A stretch of 45,836 nt of DNA from a virus (Duplodnaviria > Caudoviricetes). The stretch is taken from IMG/VR virus record IMGVR_UViG_3300049472_000121, positions 1 through 45,836 of that record. One strand, 5' to 3'. Shown here one piece after another: positions 44,084 to 45,836 of the stretch; the stretch's first letter is position 1, and each line of letters begins with the position of its first letter. The translations under genes were made by a program, and so were the position numbers. The notes beneath the pieces are model-generated. The model saw only the letters and a program-made list of their open reading frames with translations, did not search any database and was not told the DNA's origin.

Positions 44084-45836
44084 GTGTACACGTTTTAAAA
44101 AGAACAACCGCCCCTGCGTCTGCTCCTGTACAGGTTGGTCAACATTATATCGACACTGTAACAGGTAAGCACTACCTTGCCAAAGGAACCGCATCTGTTG
44201 CCGATTGGGTTGAGTTTACTGCAGATACCGATACTGGTATCACTCAATTAACAGGTGATGTAACGGCAGGGCCAGGTAACGGCTCTCAAGCAGCTACGAT
44301 TGCAAACGGCGCAGTTACAAACGCTAAGGTAGCAAGTGGTATTGATGCCGCTAAACTTGCTGATGGTTCCGTATCTAATACGGAGTTTCAATATATAAAT
44401 TCCGTAACGAGTAATGTGCAGACACAGATTGATGGCAAGCAAGCAGCGTTAGGGTTCACACCTGAGAACGTAGCAAACAAAGCCACTGACTTTACAACAA
44501 TTAACAATACGCTTTATCCAACTGTTCAAGCAGTTGATACTTATTTCACAACGGCTCTTGTGGCAAACTACGTTCCTTATGTTGGGGCTTCCGCAGATAT
44601 TAATTTGGGTAACACTCAACGAGTAACAAATTGCCAAGATCCCGCTTCACCTCAAGATGTAGTTACTTTAAATTATTTAGACACAGGGTTTGTTCCTTAC
44701 ACAGGCGCAACGGCAGATTTAAACTTAGGCATATTTAATTTAACGGATTCATTAAACGTACTAAGTTTTGGCCCGGATATTCGTAAACTATACGAAACAG
44801 ATGGCACAACAGTAGCAGTAGATTGGTCAAAATCTACTTATACAATGGGCACATTTATAAACACACTCCAAGTCGATAACATTTTCCCTGCAAACAATTC
44901 ATCCGTATCTTTTGGAAGCGGTGGGGACGTAGACGTTTATCTGCGAGATATTTATTTTTCAGGTAGTGGTGGTAAATTTTACGACGCAAACAATAGCAAA
45001 GCATTTGAGGCGAGCACAACACAGCGCCAACTTTTCGATTTTGGCGGTTCATATCCATCTGTTGATTATGGTAATTATCAATTATACAACATTGGTATTT
45101 CAAACTCAGTCCCATTGCTTGATTGGTCTACGAGTGTAGGTGGATCAGTTAAGATTTATGATGGGTACGCAGGCTTTGTTGTAGGTGATTTTACAAATAA
45201 ACAGTTAAATGATTCTGGTGGAAATAATACTTTGGACTGGGGTCTAAGAGTTCTCTACGACAATACAAATGCAGTCTCAGTAGACTGGGATTATCATACT
45301 CTTAGCTATGGTGGTAACATCTGCATTGATTGGCAGAATGGATACTTAGCTAATGGCGGTGTTGGGACTTTATCTTGGGCAGTTTGTGTATTGTCTGACC
45401 AAACTGGTGTCAATTCAGTACAGTGGAATGATCGCGATCTTCTTGACTCAACTGGCACAGTTAAATCTATAGATTGGGATCTAAGACAGTTGCTTGATTC
45501 TGGTGGGGCTGTGTCATGTAACTATAGCTCAAGAGAAACTTATGATTCTGGTGGCACAGTTAGATCAATTAACTGGAATAGTCGTGGTCTTTATAACGGA
45601 TTAAATGCTCTTGTCGCAGGATGGGGATCGTCAAACGCTTTCTATTTAAGCGGTACTACTGAAAACTCTCAAGCAGGAGCTATGTGGTACAGCACTGCTC
45701 AAAAAGCAATACAAGAAAGAGCCGCATCGATAACCCAAACCTTACAGGGTGTTATTTTTACTCAAACTGCTACAGGAACAGCGGCCAATACAGCTTCAGA
45801 AACTACTATCTCAAGCACAGGTGTCGGCACATTAAC
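44080..45836 (+). CDS. Tail fibre, N-terminal part (715 aa in total when circularised; ends at 855)
   Basis: Open from ATG 44080 to the window end; GITQLTGDVTAGPG, IDAAKLADGSVSNTEFQY, two VPYxGAxADxNLG motifs, DW repeats. Confidence 0.88.
   Translation, partial: MSVHVLKRTTAPASAPVQVGQHYIDTVTGKHYLAKGTASVADWVEFTADTDTGITQLTGDVTAGPGNGSQAATIANGAVTNAKVASGIDAAKLADGSVSNTEFQYINSVTSNVQTQIDGKQAALGFTPENVANKATDFTTINNTLYPTVQAVDTYFTTALVANYVPYVGASADINLGNTQRVTNCQDPASPQDVVTLNYLDTGFVPYTGATADLNLGIFNLTDSLNVLSFGPDIRKLYETDGTTVAVDWSKSTYTMGTFINTLQVDNIFPANNSSVSFGSGGDVDVYLRDIYFSGSGGKFYDANNSKAFEASTTQRQLFDFGGSYPSVDYGNYQLYNIGISNSVPLLDWSTSVGGSVKIYDGYAGFVVGDFTNKQLNDSGGNNTLDWGLRVLYDNTNAVSVDWDYHTLSYGGNICIDWQNGYLANGGVGTLSWAVCVLSDQTGVNSVQWNDRDLLDSTGTVKSIDWDLRQLLDSGGAVSCNYSSRETYDSGGTVRSINWNSRGLYNGLNALVAGWGSSNAFYLSGTTENSQAGAMWYSTAQKAIQERAASITQTLQGVIFTQTATGTAANTASETTISSTGVGTL
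45373..45836. repeat. Terminal direct repeat, right copy
   Basis: Matches 1-464. Confidence 0.95.

Noticed and set aside
1-45836. Lysogeny module, alternative genetic code, introns or inteins
   Set aside because: No integrase or CI-type repressor recognised; long ORFs are intact in the standard code; polA, terL and helicase are uninterrupted and of normal size.

Overview
Apparently complete, circularly permuted ~45.37 kb genome of a short-tailed (podovirus-type) dsDNA phage; bases 1-464 repeat 45373-45836 (one synonymous SNP) and a tail-fibre gene runs across the join. Rightward late arm (35.2 kb to end, then 1-14.8 kb): terminase, portal, scaffold, capsid, decoration proteins, two fibres, nozzle, M15 endolysin with holin/spanin-like genes, adaptor, ejection proteins. 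Leftward replication arm (14.8-26.5 kb): VRR-NUC, HNH-AP2, metallophosphoesterase, small ORFs, PolA, DnaQ-like exonuclease, SSB-like protein, SNF2 helicase, FliA-like sigma. Then a Fis-type HTH gene, a primase-SF3 helicase, an iteron-bearing putative origin and a leftward early module (DUF932, GP88, lipoprotein). No integrase, tRNA, CRISPR array or reverse transcriptase seen. Top observation: the early module is bracketed by sigma54 -24/-12 boxes, IHF sites and paired TGTC-N9-(G/A)ACA-like enhancer palindromes, and the phage encodes an AAA+-less enhancer-binding-protein-type HTH back-to-back with a sigma28-like factor on a symmetric leaderless promoter, suggesting a phage sigma54-to-sigma28-like switch. 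Also notable: strong TCGGGG enrichment in core genes, a candidate pseudoknotted RNA before the SSB-like gene, and a G4-capable 14-bp tandem array. A Gram-negative, possibly Bdellovibrionota, host is inferred, not shown. All calls were made by eye without database searches.
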